Assembly (NCBI GenBank): GCA_964529745.1
Contig: CAZGZR010000005.1
Coordinates: 79-64,078, forward strand
DNA: 64,000 nucleotides
Direction: 5' to 3'
Source of the DNA: an uncultured Candidatus Bathyarchaeia archaeon
GTDB lineage: Archaea; Thermoproteota; Bathyarchaeia; TCS64
Every line of letters begins with the position of its first letter. Positions within the stretch are counted from its first letter, which is position 1. A program made the position numbers and the translations under genes. The notes below the pieces were generated by a model that saw nothing but the letters and a program-made list of their open reading frames with translations, was not told the origin of the DNA and made no database searches. Shown in pieces: positions 54,398 through 64,000 of this stretch.

Positions 54398-54580
54398 CTA
54401 GTGAACCCGCCTGCTACGGTTCACCGTCTTCCTGTTGTTAGCCGGCTTCCTCAACGTGCTGGAGGCGCCGTAACCGCACGCCGCACAGACCTTGTTCCTG
54501 ATATGGTAGGCGCGCCTGCCGCAGCGCCTGCAACGTATATGGATCCTCTTCCCATGGTGAATCGGTGCTTTGGTGGGCAT
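54398..54580 (-). CDS. rpl37e: 50S ribosomal protein L37e
   Basis: 60 aa. Zinc-ribbon [10 protein letters not shown]...CAACGYG and a basic composition typical of L37e. Confidence 0.9.
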   Translation of the reverse strand: MPTKAPIHHGKRIHIRCRRCGRRAYHIRNKVCAACGYGASSTLRKPANNRKTVNRSRRVH

Positions 54581-54592
54581 CTGTCTTCAGCT

Positions 54593-54820
54593 CTACTCCG
54601 GCGGCGGGCTTATCATTATGACGTTGTCGCCGCGGAGCACTATGGTGCCGATCTCCTTGACGTTCATCGGGTCGCTTACCTCCTCGGCGTTACTCATGTA
54701 GAGGTTGACGTGCTGGTCGAACCCCTCCAGGACACCCCTGAGGGTCCTGCCGCCCCTAACCTTGATAAGCACAGTCTTGCCGACGCTTCGCTCTAGCACT
54801 TTCTCAATCATGTCAGCCAC
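54593..54820 (-). CDS. Sm-like archaeal protein (LSm/SmAP)
   Basis: 75 aa. Sm1/Sm2 motifs (VLIKVRGGRTLRGVLEGFDQHVNLYMSNAEE ... IVLRGDNVIMI). Classical lsm-rpl37e pairing. Confidence 0.9.
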   Translation of the reverse strand: MADMIEKVLERSVGKTVLIKVRGGRTLRGVLEGFDQHVNLYMSNAEEVSDPMNVKEIGTIVLRGDNVIMISPPPE

Positions 54821-55149
54821 TCACATTTCCTCTCCGGAGACACTCAGGCTTAATTCGAATAACAGGTATCGCCTATAAAAGTTTGTATTACATGAAGGGT
54901 TAAACACTCGGCAACCCTGTTTACGCCCGGAACGAAAGAAGGCATAAAAACGCCTCTCTGCGCGAGAGAGAACATAATAATCGGGTAACGTTTATTAGGG
55001 AGCAGTAGCCAATTGTTATAGCCTCGTTAGGGTTAGGAAGGTTTCTGTAAAATAGGTGAATCATGTTTAATGACGGAATCCGATCCCTCCGACATTAATG
55101 AACCCGCCCTTACCCGTTTAACGAGTCAAACTCAAAAAAGGTTGATTTA

Positions 55150-58100
55150 ATGCTTCTCACAGAAAACGACCTCTGGGATTTGATGAAGTCCTTCTACAAC
55201 GAGGAGGGCCTCGTCAAGCAGCACCTGGACAGCTACAACGACTTCGCCAGGAACACGCTGCAACAGATAATAGACGAGATCGGGGGCATCCAGATCGAGG
55301 TCCCCAACCACACCTACAACATACGCTTCGGCGCCATAGAGATAGGAGATCCCCGGGTCGTGGAGGTGGACGGCACCAACCGGGAGGTCTACCCGCGGGA
55401 AGCCAGGATACGCAACCTCACGTACAGCGCCCCCCTCTACCTGGAGATAGAGCTGGACGACGAGGGCCGCGAGACCTACGAGCGGGTCAACATCGGCGAC
55501 CTCCCCATAATGGTCAAATCTAATCTCTGCCTCCTCAGCAGGCACACCGAGGACCAGCTCGTGAAGCTCGGCGAAGACCCCAAGGAGGTAGGCGGATACT
55601 TCATAGTCAACGGCAGCGAGCGCGTCATAGTGAGCCTGGAGGACCTGGCGCCCAACAGGGTGCTCGTTGAGACAGACACCAGGGGCGCCAGACCCGTCTA
55701 CAAGGGCAAGGTCTTCAGCACCACCGTGGGCTTCAGGGCCCGCATCGAGATGAGCCTCAAGTCCAAGGGCGAGATGGTGGTCACCATCCCCGGCGTCCCA
55801 GTGCCTGTGCCCCTCGTGGTCCTCATGAGGGCGCTGGGCGTCGAGACCGACCGTGATGTGGCCGAGATGGTCAGCCTCGACCCGGACATACTCAACGAGC
55901 TGGAGGCCAGCTTCAGGGAGGCGTCCAACGTCCAGAGCGTCGAGGACGCCGTGCTCTACATAGGCAACCGCGTCGCCTTCGGCCAGGTCAGGGAGTTCAG
56001 GATAAAGCGCGCCGAGACCATCCTCGACCGCAACCTGCTGCCCCACATAGGCCGCGAGCCCGAGGACAGGCTGGACAAGGCCATATTCCTCGGCGAGATG
56101 GCTTCGAGGATCATAGAGCTCAAGCTGGGCCAACGCCAGGAGGACGACAAGGACCACCTCAAGAACAAGAGGATAAAGCTCGCGGGGCCGCTGCTTGCCG
56201 AGCTGTTCAGATCCGCCTTCTGGAGCCTCTACAGGGACATGAGGTACCAGTTCAGGCGCATGAGCACCAGGCGCAAGGGCGTGCTCATCAGCGCAGCCGT
56301 CAGGCCCGGGATAATAACGAGCAGGATACAGCACGCCCTCGCCACCGGAAACTGGAGGCGGGGCCGCGTCGGCATGACCCAGCTCCTCGATCGAACCAAC
56401 ACCCTTTCAACCCTTTCTCACCTCCGCAGGCTCCAGTCGCCTCTGAGCCGGAGCCAGCCGAACTTCGAGGCCCGTGACCTCCACAGCACCCACTGGGGCA
56501 GGCTCTGCCCCAACGAGACCCCTGAGGGCGCCAACTGTGGCCTCGTCAAGAACCTGGCGCTCATGAGCAGCGTCAGCATCGGCACGGACGCCGAGAAGGT
56601 AAAGCGCACCCTCGAGTTCATGGGGGTCATCAGGGCCAAGGACGCCGACGAGCAGCTGCGCCACGAAGGCACCAAGGTGTTCATCGAGGGCTACCTCCTG
56701 GGGTACAGCACCTCGCCTGAGATCCTTGTGAACACCTTCAGGGAGATGCGCCGCAGGGGCGAGATCAGCGGCCAGGCGAACATCGTCCTCTACCACGAGT
56801 ACAACGAGATATACGTCAACTGTGACGAGGGTAGGATACGGAGGCCCCTCATCGTGGTGGAGGAGGGCAAGCCGCTGCTTAAGCAGAGGCACATCCGCAA
56901 CATCAAGCAGGAGCGTTGGACCTGGAGCGACCTAGTCAGGGAGGGCATACTGGAGTACCTGGACGCCGACGAGGAGGAGAACGCCTACATAAGCATCGAC
57001 CAGGAGACCTTCACCGAGGAGCACACCCACATGGAGATATGCCCATACACCATCCTAGGCGTGGGTGCCGGCATCATACCATACGCCGAGCACAACCAGA
57101 GCCCCCGTAACACCTACCAGGCGGCCATGTCGAAGCAGGCGCCGGGCGTCTACGCGTTGAACTACAACGACAGGTCTGACACCCGCGGCCACCTGCTGCA
57201 CTACCCGCAGAAGCCGCTGGTCTCGACGAAGCCCATGGAGGTCATAAACTACAACGACCGGCCGGCGGGCCAGAACTTCGTCCTCGCCATACTCAGCAGC
57301 ATAGGGTACAACATGGAGGACGCCATCATATTCAACAAGGCCGCCGTGCAGCGTGGCCTAGGCCGCAGCAGCTTCTTCAGGATATACAAGGCCGAGTGCA
57401 AGCAGTACCTGGGCGGAGCAAAGGACAGGCTCACCATCCCCGAGGCAGGCATACGCGGCTACCACGGCGCCGAGGCGTACAGGCAGCTGGAGAGCGACGG
57501 CCTCATCGCCCAGGAGGCCGAGGTCAAGGGCGGGGACATCCTCATCGGCAAGACCAGCCCGCCCCGTTTCATGGAGGAGTACCGCGGCATAGAGATACGC
57601 GGCCCCCAGCTCCGGGACACATCAATCGGGGTCAGGCCCACAGAAGTCGGCCTCGTTGACAGCGTGTTCATAACCAAGGACATCGAGGGAAGCCAGCTGG
57701 TCAAGGTCAAGGTGCGGAGCAACAGGGTGCCCGAGCTGGGCGACAAGTTCGTCAGCAGGCACGGCCAGAAGGGCGTCATCGGCATGCTGGTGCCCCAGGA
57801 GGACATGCCCTTCAGCACAAGCGGAGTAACCCCGGACATCGTCATGAACCCCCACGCCTACCCCAGCCGCATGACCGTGGGCCAGTTCATCGAGGCCATC
57901 GCCGGGAAGGCGGCGGCCCTCAGGGGAGAGATCGTGGACGGCACGCCCTTCGCCAACGAGGACCCCAAGAGCCTCGAGGAGATTCTCACCGAGCTGGGCT
58001 TCCAGAGCGGCGGCCGAGAGATGATGTACGACGGCATGAGCGGCAAGATGTTCGAGGCCGAGATATTCATCGGAGTCGCCTTCTACCAGAAGCTCCACCA

Positions 58101-58479
58101 CATGGTCGTGGACAAGATCCACGCCAGGGCCCGCGGTCAGGTCCAGATGCTCACAAGGCAGCCCACTGAAGGCAGGGCCAGGGGCGGCGGCCTCAGGTTC
58201 GGCGAGATGGAGCGCGACTGCCTCGTAGGTCACGGGGCGGCCATGCTGCTCAAGGACAGGCTCCTGGAGGAGTCCGACGCCTACACGATATACGTCTGTG
58301 AGAGATGCGGCCGACAGGGCTTCTACGACATAAGGCAGCGCAAGTACGTGTGCCCGACATGTGAGGGTAAGGGCGACATAGAGCCTGTCACCGTCTCGTA
58401 CGCCTTCAAGCTTCTGCTGCAGGAGATGCAGAGCATGTGCCTGTCACCCAGCCTCGAGCTGGCCAAGGAGGTAGTCTAG
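55150..58479 (+). CDS. rpoB: DNA-directed RNA polymerase subunit B (unsplit)
   Basis: 1109 aa. Hallmarks include GYFIVNGSERV, RDLHSTHWGRLCPNETPEG, GDKFVSRHGQKGV, GGLRFGEMERD and a C-terminal zinc ribbon CERCG...CPTC. Confidence 0.97.
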   Translation: MLLTENDLWDLMKSFYNEEGLVKQHLDSYNDFARNTLQQIIDEIGGIQIEVPNHTYNIRFGAIEIGDPRVVEVDGTNREVYPREARIRNLTYSAPLYLEIELDDEGRETYERVNIGDLPIMVKSNLCLLSRHTEDQLVKLGEDPKEVGGYFIVNGSERVIVSLEDLAPNRVLVETDTRGARPVYKGKVFSTTVGFRARIEMSLKSKGEMVVTIPGVPVPVPLVVLMRALGVETDRDVAEMVSLDPDILNELEASFREASNVQSVEDAVLYIGNRVAFGQVREFRIKRAETILDRNLLPHIGREPEDRLDKAIFLGEMASRIIELKLGQRQEDDKDHLKNKRIKLAGPLLAELFRSAFWSLYRDMRYQFRRMSTRRKGVLISAAVRPGIITSRIQHALATGNWRRGRVGMTQLLDRTNTLSTLSHLRRLQSPLSRSQPNFEARDLHSTHWGRLCPNETPEGANCGLVKNLALMSSVSIGTDAEKVKRTLEFMGVIRAKDADEQLRHEGTKVFIEGYLLGYSTSPEILVNTFREMRRRGEISGQANIVLYHEYNEIYVNCDEGRIRRPLIVVEEGKPLLKQRHIRNIKQERWTWSDLVREGILEYLDADEEENAYISIDQETFTEEHTHMEICPYTILGVGAGIIPYAEHNQSPRNTYQAAMSKQAPGVYALNYNDRSDTRGHLLHYPQKPLVSTKPMEVINYNDRPAGQNFVLAILSSIGYNMEDAIIFNKAAVQRGLGRSSFFRIYKAECKQYLGGAKDRLTIPEAGIRGYHGAEAYRQLESDGLIAQEAEVKGGDILIGKTSPPRFMEEYRGIEIRGPQLRDTSIGVRPTEVGLVDSVFITKDIEGSQLVKVKVRSNRVPELGDKFVSRHGQKGVIGMLVPQEDMPFSTSGVTPDIVMNPHAYPSRMTVGQFIEAIAGKAAALRGEIVDGTPFANEDPKSLEEILTELGFQSGGREMMYDGMSGKMFEAEIFIGVAFYQKLHHMVVDKIHARARGQVQMLTRQPTEGRARGGGLRFGEMERDCLVGHGAAMLLKDRLLEESDAYTIYVCERCGRQGFYDIRQRKYVCPTCEGKGDIEPVTVSYAFKLLLQEMQSMCLSPSLELAKEVV

Positions 58480-61400
58480 TTGAGCAAGGTCATCGACGCC
58501 ATCAAGTTCGGCCTCCTGAGCCCTGACGAGACGAGGCGCCTAAGCGTAGTCGAGATAGGGACCAGCGACACCTACGACGAGGACGGGGCCCCAATCGCCG
58601 GCGGCCTCATGGATCAGCGTCTGGGCACGCTGGAGCCGAGGCAGCGGTGCCGCACCTGCGGAAACATAGCCATCAACTGCCCCGGCCACTTCGGCCACAT
58701 CGAGCTAGCTGTACCGGTAGTCCACGTGGAGTTCGCGAAACAGATCTACAGGGTCCTCAGCGCCACGTGCAGGAGCTGCGGCAGCGTTCTGCTGGACCTA
58801 GAGACCAGAGAGAAGCTGACGGAGCAGAGAGACCAAGACATTAAGCTGTTCGGCAAGGTCAGCGACGAGACTATCAAGGAGATATTGAAGCAGGCCAAGA
58901 AGTTCAAGCGGTACAAGGAGTGCCCATACTGCGGCATGGTCCAGAACGTCGTCAAGTTCAACAAGCCCACGACCTTCATCGAGATAGAGAAGGAGGTCTT
59001 CGAGGAGGAGATGGAGGACGAGGTGACCCGCAGGCTCACGGCCAACATGATCAGGGAGTGGTTCGAGCGCATACCTGACGACGACCTGGAGCTTCTGGGC
59101 TTCGAGCCAGGCAGCGCGCGGCCGGAGTGGATGATCCTTCAGGTGCTCCCGGTGCCGCCGGTGGACGTTCGTCCAAGCATCATCCTCGAGTCAGGCATCA
59201 GGGCGGAGGACGACCTCACCCACAAGCTCGTGGACATCATCAGGATAAACCAGAGGCTCCGTGAGAACATCGACGCCGGGGCCCCCACACTCATCATCGA
59301 GGACCTCAGCGAGCTCCTCCAGTACCACGTGACCACTTACTTCAACAACGAGGTCTCCGGCATACCGCCGGCCCGCCCCCGCAGCGGCAGGACCCTCAAG
59401 AGCCTCGCCCAGCGCCTGAAGGGCAAGGAGGGTAGGTTCAGGGGCAACCTGAGCGGCAAACGCGTCGACTACTCGGCCCGAACCGTCATCAGCCCCGACC
59501 CCAACATCGACATCAACCAGGTCGGCGTCCCGGTGCACATCGCCACCAAGCTTACCGTGCCAGACGTCGTGACCGAGCGGAACATAGAGGAAATGAGGAG
59601 GCTCGTCATGAACGGCCCCTACAAGCACCCGGGGGCGCTCTACATCATCAGGCCGGACCAGAAGCGGATAAGGCTCGAGTTCGTCACAGACAGGGCGCTC
59701 ATAGCCCAGAGCATCGAGCCGGGCTTCATCATCGAGAGGCACCTCAAGGACGGGGACATCGCCCTTTTCAACAGGCAGCCTTCGCTGCACAGGATGAGCA
59801 TCATGGCGCACAGGGTGAAGGTGCTGCCCTACAAGACTTTCAGGATGCACCTCACGGTGTGCCCGCCCTACAACGCGGACTTCGACGGCGACGAGATGAA
59901 CCTCCACATCCCCCAGAGCAAGGAGGCCCAGACCGAGGCCAGGATGCTCATGCAGGTCCAGGATCAGATACTGAGCCCCCGCTACGGGGCCCCCATCATA
60001 GGCGCCGGCAAGGACTATATCAGCGGGGCTTACCTGCTGACCCGGGAGGGGATGATGCTCACCGCGGACGAGGTTGGCAAGCTCATAGCCTACACCGGCT
60101 ACGAGGGAGACATACCCAAGCCTACGGTTCTTGAGCCCGAGCCCATGTGGAGCGGCAAGGCCGTGTTCAGCCTCTTCCTGCCCAGCGACTTCAGCTTCGT
60201 CAGCAGGGCCAACATCTGTATGCACTGTCCCGAGTGCAAGGAGGCCGAGTGCGAGTACGACGCATACGTGATGATCCAGAACGGGGAGCTTAAGACGGGG
60301 GTCATCGACAGGAACAGCATCGGGGCCGAGCGCCCAGACACCATCTTCCACAGGATAATCAAGGACTACGGCACCGACATGGGTCACGACTTCCTCAACG
60401 GGGTCAGTCGCCTCATCAACGGCTTCTTGACTCTGAAGGGTTTCACGTACAGCTACGACGAGCTTGAGCTCGACGAGAAGGACAAGCGGGACATCAGCCG
60501 GGTCATGAGGCGGATGGAGAAGAACGTCGAGAAACTTACGGAGGAGTACAACGAGGGCGTGCTGGAGCGGCTGCCCGGCCAGACGCTGCAGGAGAGCTTC
60601 GAGATCAAGGTCATGAACGAGCTCGCCAAGTCGCGTGACAAGGCAGGCGAGACGGTGCAGGAGGCGCTACCCATGAGCAACAGCGGCATAGTCATGACGC
60701 GCAGCGGCGCCCGCGGCAGCAGCCTCAACATCGGCCAGATGATGGGCAGCGTAGGCCAGCAAAGCATCCGTGGCAAACGCATCATGAGGGGCTACGAGAA
60801 CAGGACCCTCCCCCACTTCAAAGAGAACGACGCCGCACCCGTCGCCCGAGGCTTCGTATACAACTGCTACAGAGACGGCTTGACCCCTCTGGAGTTCTTC
60901 TTCCACGCCATGGGAGGCCGTGAGGGGCTGGTGGACACGGCCGTGCGCACCCAGCAGAGCGGGTACATGCAGCGCAGGCTCATCAACGCCCTGGAGCATC
61001 TAAGAGTCGAGTACGACGGCACCGTCAGGAACAGCGTGGGCGACATAGTCCAGTTCCAGTATGGGGAGGACGGCGTAGACCCCGCGAAATCCGACCACGG
61101 CGTCGCCGTAAACGTCGCCCAGCTAACGGACAGGACCCGCATCAACATGAAGAAGGGGCACATCATAGCGGACTCGACGATAGACAAGATGCTCGACGAC
61201 ATCGAGGAGGATATACCCCAGCTCCTGAAGGAAGAACTTAGACGCCAGCTCAAGCAGGCCAGGCTCACAAAGCAGGGAGTCCAGGACGTCATAGACGCCG
61301 TGCTACGGAACTACGACTACAGCCTCGTGGAGCCAGGTGAAGCAGTGGGCATCGTAGCCGCCCAGAGCATAGGTGAACCAGGCACACAGATGACCCTCAG

Positions 61401-62313
61401 GACCTTCCACTACGCTGGCGTCGCGGAGCTGAACGTCACACTCGGCCTGCCCCGGCTCATAGAGATAGTGGACGCCCGTAAGAGCCCGTCCACACCGGTC
61501 ATGAACATCTACCTCACGAGCAAATACTCTAGAAGCGAGAAGAAGGCCAGGCAGGTCGCCCAGAAGCTGACCTACACGATCATAGACGACGTCATCGACA
61601 GCGTCAACGTGGACCTCCGTGAGGAGGCCGTAAGGATCATCCTAGACCCAGAGAGGATGGAGACCCTGGGTGTCACCGTTAACGACGTCGAGAAGGCTAT
61701 ACCCTACAGCTACGCGAAGGAGGAGGACAACACCTATCTCATCAGCTTGGAGGAGGACAAGGCCCGGGACCCGGAGCCCATCATAGAGAACGTGACGGAG
61801 GCCAAGATCAAAGGCATCTCCGAGATCAAGAGGGTGCTCACCACCGTCGAGGACGGCGAGTGGGTCATAAGGACCGACGGAAGCAACCTCGAGGGGGTGC
61901 TCCGCATCGAGGGCGTCGACCCCACGAGAACCTCCACCAACAACGTACACGAGATAGCCGAGATACTCGGCATAGAGGCGGCGAGGAACTCCCTCATCAA
62001 GGAGGCCCATGCCGTGCTCACCGAGCAGGGGCTGGACGTAGACGTCCGCCACGTCATGCTCGTCTCAGACATAATGACAAAGACCGGCGAGGTACAGCAG
62101 ATAGGCCGTCACGGCATCAGCGGCGAGAAGAGCAGCGTCCTGGCCAGGGCGGCGTTCGAGCTCACCATACAGCACCTGGTCGACGCGGCCATCAAAGGCG
62201 AGACCGATCCCCTTAAAGGCGTGATCGAGAACATAATCGTCGGACAGTCGATGCCCCTAGGAACGGGAAGCGTCGAGCTGTTCATGACTCAGGGAGACAG
62301 AAGCGATGAGTAG
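58480..62313 (+). CDS. rpoA: DNA-directed RNA polymerase subunit A, single ORF spanning A' and A'' equivalents
   Basis: 1277 aa with TTG start immediately after the rpoB stop. A' hallmarks: CRTCG...CPGHFGH and the active site NADFDGDEMN. A'' hallmarks from about codon 890: VGIVAAQSIGEPGTQMTLRTFHYAGV. No stop between them. Confidence 0.9.
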   Translation: MSKVIDAIKFGLLSPDETRRLSVVEIGTSDTYDEDGAPIAGGLMDQRLGTLEPRQRCRTCGNIAINCPGHFGHIELAVPVVHVEFAKQIYRVLSATCRSCGSVLLDLETREKLTEQRDQDIKLFGKVSDETIKEILKQAKKFKRYKECPYCGMVQNVVKFNKPTTFIEIEKEVFEEEMEDEVTRRLTANMIREWFERIPDDDLELLGFEPGSARPEWMILQVLPVPPVDVRPSIILESGIRAEDDLTHKLVDIIRINQRLRENIDAGAPTLIIEDLSELLQYHVTTYFNNEVSGIPPARPRSGRTLKSLAQRLKGKEGRFRGNLSGKRVDYSARTVISPDPNIDINQVGVPVHIATKLTVPDVVTERNIEEMRRLVMNGPYKHPGALYIIRPDQKRIRLEFVTDRALIAQSIEPGFIIERHLKDGDIALFNRQPSLHRMSIMAHRVKVLPYKTFRMHLTVCPPYNADFDGDEMNLHIPQSKEAQTEARMLMQVQDQILSPRYGAPIIGAGKDYISGAYLLTREGMMLTADEVGKLIAYTGYEGDIPKPTVLEPEPMWSGKAVFSLFLPSDFSFVSRANICMHCPECKEAECEYDAYVMIQNGELKTGVIDRNSIGAERPDTIFHRIIKDYGTDMGHDFLNGVSRLINGFLTLKGFTYSYDELELDEKDKRDISRVMRRMEKNVEKLTEEYNEGVLERLPGQTLQESFEIKVMNELAKSRDKAGETVQEALPMSNSGIVMTRSGARGSSLNIGQMMGSVGQQSIRGKRIMRGYENRTLPHFKENDAAPVARGFVYNCYRDGLTPLEFFFHAMGGREGLVDTAVRTQQSGYMQRRLINALEHLRVEYDGTVRNSVGDIVQFQYGEDGVDPAKSDHGVAVNVAQLTDRTRINMKKGHIIADSTIDKMLDDIEEDIPQLLKEELRRQLKQARLTKQGVQDVIDAVLRNYDYSLVEPGEAVGIVAAQSIGEPGTQMTLRTFHYAGVAELNVTLGLPRLIEIVDARKSPSTPVMNIYLTSKYSRSEKKARQVAQKLTYTIIDDVIDSVNVDLREEAVRIILDPERMETLGVTVNDVEKAIPYSYAKEEDNTYLISLEEDKARDPEPIIENVTEAKIKGISEIKRVLTTVEDGEWVIRTDGSNLEGVLRIEGVDPTRTSTNNVHEIAEILGIEAARNSLIKEAHAVLTEQGLDVDVRHVMLVSDIMTKTGEVQQIGRHGISGEKSSVLARAAFELTIQHLVDAAIKGETDPLKGVIENIIVGQSMPLGTGSVELFMTQGDRSDE

Positions 62314-62611
62314 CGTAGACCACGAGCTGAGACTCGCTCTCTCCACCGGCAAGGTCCAGCTGGGATCGAAGACGGCGGTCAGGGAGATGAGGCGCGGCAG
62401 GGCAAGGATGGCCATACTCAGCTCCAACTGTCCAGCCGAGAACGCCGAGGCCATAGAGACATACGGCAGGCTGAGCGAGATACCTGTTCTTACGCACGCC
62501 AAAGACAGCGTTGATCTAGGGGTGCTGTGTGGAAAACCCTACCCCGTCTCAGCCATGGTCATCAGCGACCCAGGCGACTCAAACATACTTGAGATCACGA
62601 AGGAAGATTAG
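62306..62611 (+). CDS. rpl30e: 50S ribosomal protein L30e
   Basis: 101 aa. LALSTGKVQLGSKTAVREMRRGRARMAILSSNCP typical of L30e/L7Ae-fold proteins. Overlaps the rpoA 3' end by 8 nt. Confidence 0.9.
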   Translation: MSSVDHELRLALSTGKVQLGSKTAVREMRRGRARMAILSSNCPAENAEAIETYGRLSEIPVLTHAKDSVDLGVLCGKPYPVSAMVISDPGDSNILEITKED

Positions 62612-62614
62612 CGA

Positions 62615-63052
62615 ATGCTTAACAACATAAAGATAACGGAGACCGAGATGCGGTACATACAGCTGCTGCAGAACATGACGGGGGCTACCATCGTCGACTG
62701 CATCGTCGACGATGACGAGGACACCATCATATTCACGGTCAAGAAGGGAGAGGTCGGGCTTGCCGTCGGCAAGGGCGGTGAGAAGATAAAGCGTTTCCGC
62801 AGCATGACCAACAAGCGTGTGGAGATATACGAGTACCTGCCCGACGCCGAGAGCTTCATCAGGAACGCGTTGAAGCCGGCGAAGGTGAGGGACATACGCC
62901 TCGTCGACAGGATGGAGGGCAAGAAGATCGCCATGGTGAACGTGGAGCCCAAGGACAAGGGCATCGCCATAGGCAAGAACGGGAGCAACATCAAGAAGAT
63001 AAGGTTCCTGGCGAACAGGTACTTCCAGCTCGACACCGTCGTGATAAACTAG
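62615..63052 (+). CDS. nusA: Archaeal NusA-like KH-domain protein
   Basis: 145 aa with two KH-like modules (VGLAVGKGGEKIKRF; GIAIGKNGSNIKKI). In the conserved position after rpl30e. Confidence 0.85.
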   Translation: MLNNIKITETEMRYIQLLQNMTGATIVDCIVDDDEDTIIFTVKKGEVGLAVGKGGEKIKRFRSMTNKRVEIYEYLPDAESFIRNALKPAKVRDIRLVDRMEGKKIAMVNVEPKDKGIAIGKNGSNIKKIRFLANRYFQLDTVVIN

Positions 63053-63085
63053 GGTCCCTGTTTTCAGGGTTTTTCATGATATAGG

Positions 63086-64000
63086 CTAGAGCATGTTTAC
63101 GAGCATGCCGGCCAGCTCCAGGTTCGTCATGAGTGGTATCCCGTACTCGACGGCCTTCCTCCTTATCATGTAGCCGTCGCTCACGGTCCGTGAGTCGAGG
63201 CTGTCCTGGTTCGGCGTGTTGATGACGAGCTGTATCTCTTCGTTCTCTAACATGTCCAGTATGTTGGGCGTGCCGCCTTCGCTTACCTTGTTGACGGCCC
63301 TGCATGGGACGCCTCCGGTTTTGATGGCCTTCGCGGTGTTCCGTGTGGCGGCGACCCTGAACCCCTTGGCGTAGGCTGTTCTAGCTATCTCTACGGCCTG
63401 GGTCTTGCTGCCGCCAACGGTTACGAGTATGGTGTCCCCGGTGCTTGGCAGCCTCACCCCGCTGGCAACCAGGGAGTCGAGGAAGGCTTCGCGGAAGTTT
63501 CTCCCGAAGCACGCCACCTCGCCGGTGGACGCCATCTCGACGCCTGTGAGGGGCTCGGCCTTGTCGAGGCGCATGAAGCTGAACATGGGGGACTTGACTC
63601 CGTGCCTCAGGGGCTCGGCGTCCCCCTCCGTTATGCTGCCGCCCAGGGCGGAGACGGCGGCCAGCTCCATGAGGTTCACGCCGGTGGTCTTGGAGACGAA
63701 GGGCATGCTGCGGCTGGCGCGGAGGTTGCACTCGATGACGTAGACCTCGCCGTCCTTGGCGAGGAACTGTATGTTGAAGGGGCCCATGATCCCTAGGGCC
63801 CATGCGATCTTCCGGGAGGTTTCCTTCACCTTGTCCTTCAGCGGTTGGGGCAGCGTGAGGGTGGGGATGACCATGGTGGCGTCGCCGCTGTGGACGCCGG
63901 CGTTCTCTATGTGCTCTATGACGGGGCCCAGGTGCACGTTGTCGCCGTCGCAGACGCCGTCCACCTCGACCTCCTTGGCACCCCTCACGAACCTGGATAT
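63086..64000 (-). CDS. carB: Carbamoyl-phosphate synthase large subunit, C-terminal part (partial; 5' end beyond the window)
   Basis: Open to the window edge. Second ATP-grasp end (IEHIENAGVHSGD, FNIQFLAKDGEVYVIECNLRASRS) followed by an MGS-like allosteric domain (ILVTVGG...). Confidence 0.85.
   Translation of the reverse strand: MSRFVRGAKEVEVDGVCDGDNVHLGPVIEHIENAGVHSGDATMVIPTLTLPQPLKDKVKETSRKIAWALGIMGPFNIQFLAKDGEVYVIECNLRASRSMPFVSKTTGVNLMELAAVSALGGSITEGDAEPLRHGVKSPMFSFMRLDKAEPLTGVEMASTGEVACFGRNFREAFLDSLVASGVRLPSTGDTILVTVGGSKTQAVEIARTAYAKGFRVAATRNTAKAIKTGGVPCRAVNKVSEGGTPNILDMLENEEIQLVINTPNQDSLDSRTVSDGYMIRRKAVEYGIPLMTNLELAGMLVNML

Noticed and set aside
54238-54441. 67-aa plus-strand ORF.
   Set aside because: It lies entirely over the tRNA-Leu gene and the 3' end of rpl37e on the other strand, and has no coding features of its own.
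55147-56334. Long antisense ORFs opposite well-supported genes. Examples: 55147..56334 and 59191..60387 opposite rpoB/rpoA, 34728..36008 opposite the CoA-transferase, 7595..8680 opposite the aminotransferase, and 241..1140 opposite the PhoU/TrkA-C genes.
   Set aside because: Typical shadow ORFs of GC-rich DNA. Their products are low-complexity and Arg/Gly/Pro/His-rich with no motifs. The opposite strand carries unmistakable conserved proteins.
1-64000. CRISPR arrays, rRNA genes, IS elements/transposases and integrases.
   Set aside because: No regularly spaced direct repeats, no rRNA-like sequence, and no transposase or recombinase-like ORFs were seen on either strand.

Overview
High-GC (about 60% by eye, not computed) archaeal chromosomal segment, densely coding on both strands. 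Recognisable content includes these groups. (1) An information-processing cluster: lsm-rpl37e, then unsplit rpoB, a single 1277-aa rpoA ORF covering both A' and A'' regions, rpl30e and nusA. (2) An N-glycosylation locus: aglB/STT3 with the WWDYG motif plus a four-gene WbpA/B/E/D-like diacetamido-sugar set. It is bracketed by enzymes typical of the archaeal-type mevalonate pathway (UbiD-family decarboxylase; AcnX-type large and small dehydratase subunits). (3) Corrinoid-methyltransferase-related genes: RACo-like activator, MtrH-like, URO-D/MtaA-like and a B12-radical SAM protein. (4) Two VapBC pairs and many oxidoreductase and methyltransferase genes. (5) Four tRNAs: Thr-UGU, Thr-CGU, Asn-GUU and an intron-containing Leu-UAA. 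The strongest accessory signal is a 1.67-kb, very AT-rich cassette (about 25-30% GC by eye) sitting 3' of tRNA-Thr(CGU). A 45-bp direct repeat of the tRNA 3' half bounds it. It has no integrase and carries only a 387-aa HEXXH (ImmA/IrrE-like) protein and a 108-aa winged-helix protein. Two further small AT-rich single-gene cassettes (a thymidylate kinase; a PH-like protein) and a lower-GC decayed segment next to tRNA-Leu repeat the pattern. Also notable is a translationally coupled four-gene membrane operon that I cannot assign to a family. Three genes have reading frames broken at short homopolymer runs. These may be assembly errors, and they call for caution about the apparent rpoA fusion. 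No CRISPR array, rRNA, transposase or integrase was seen.
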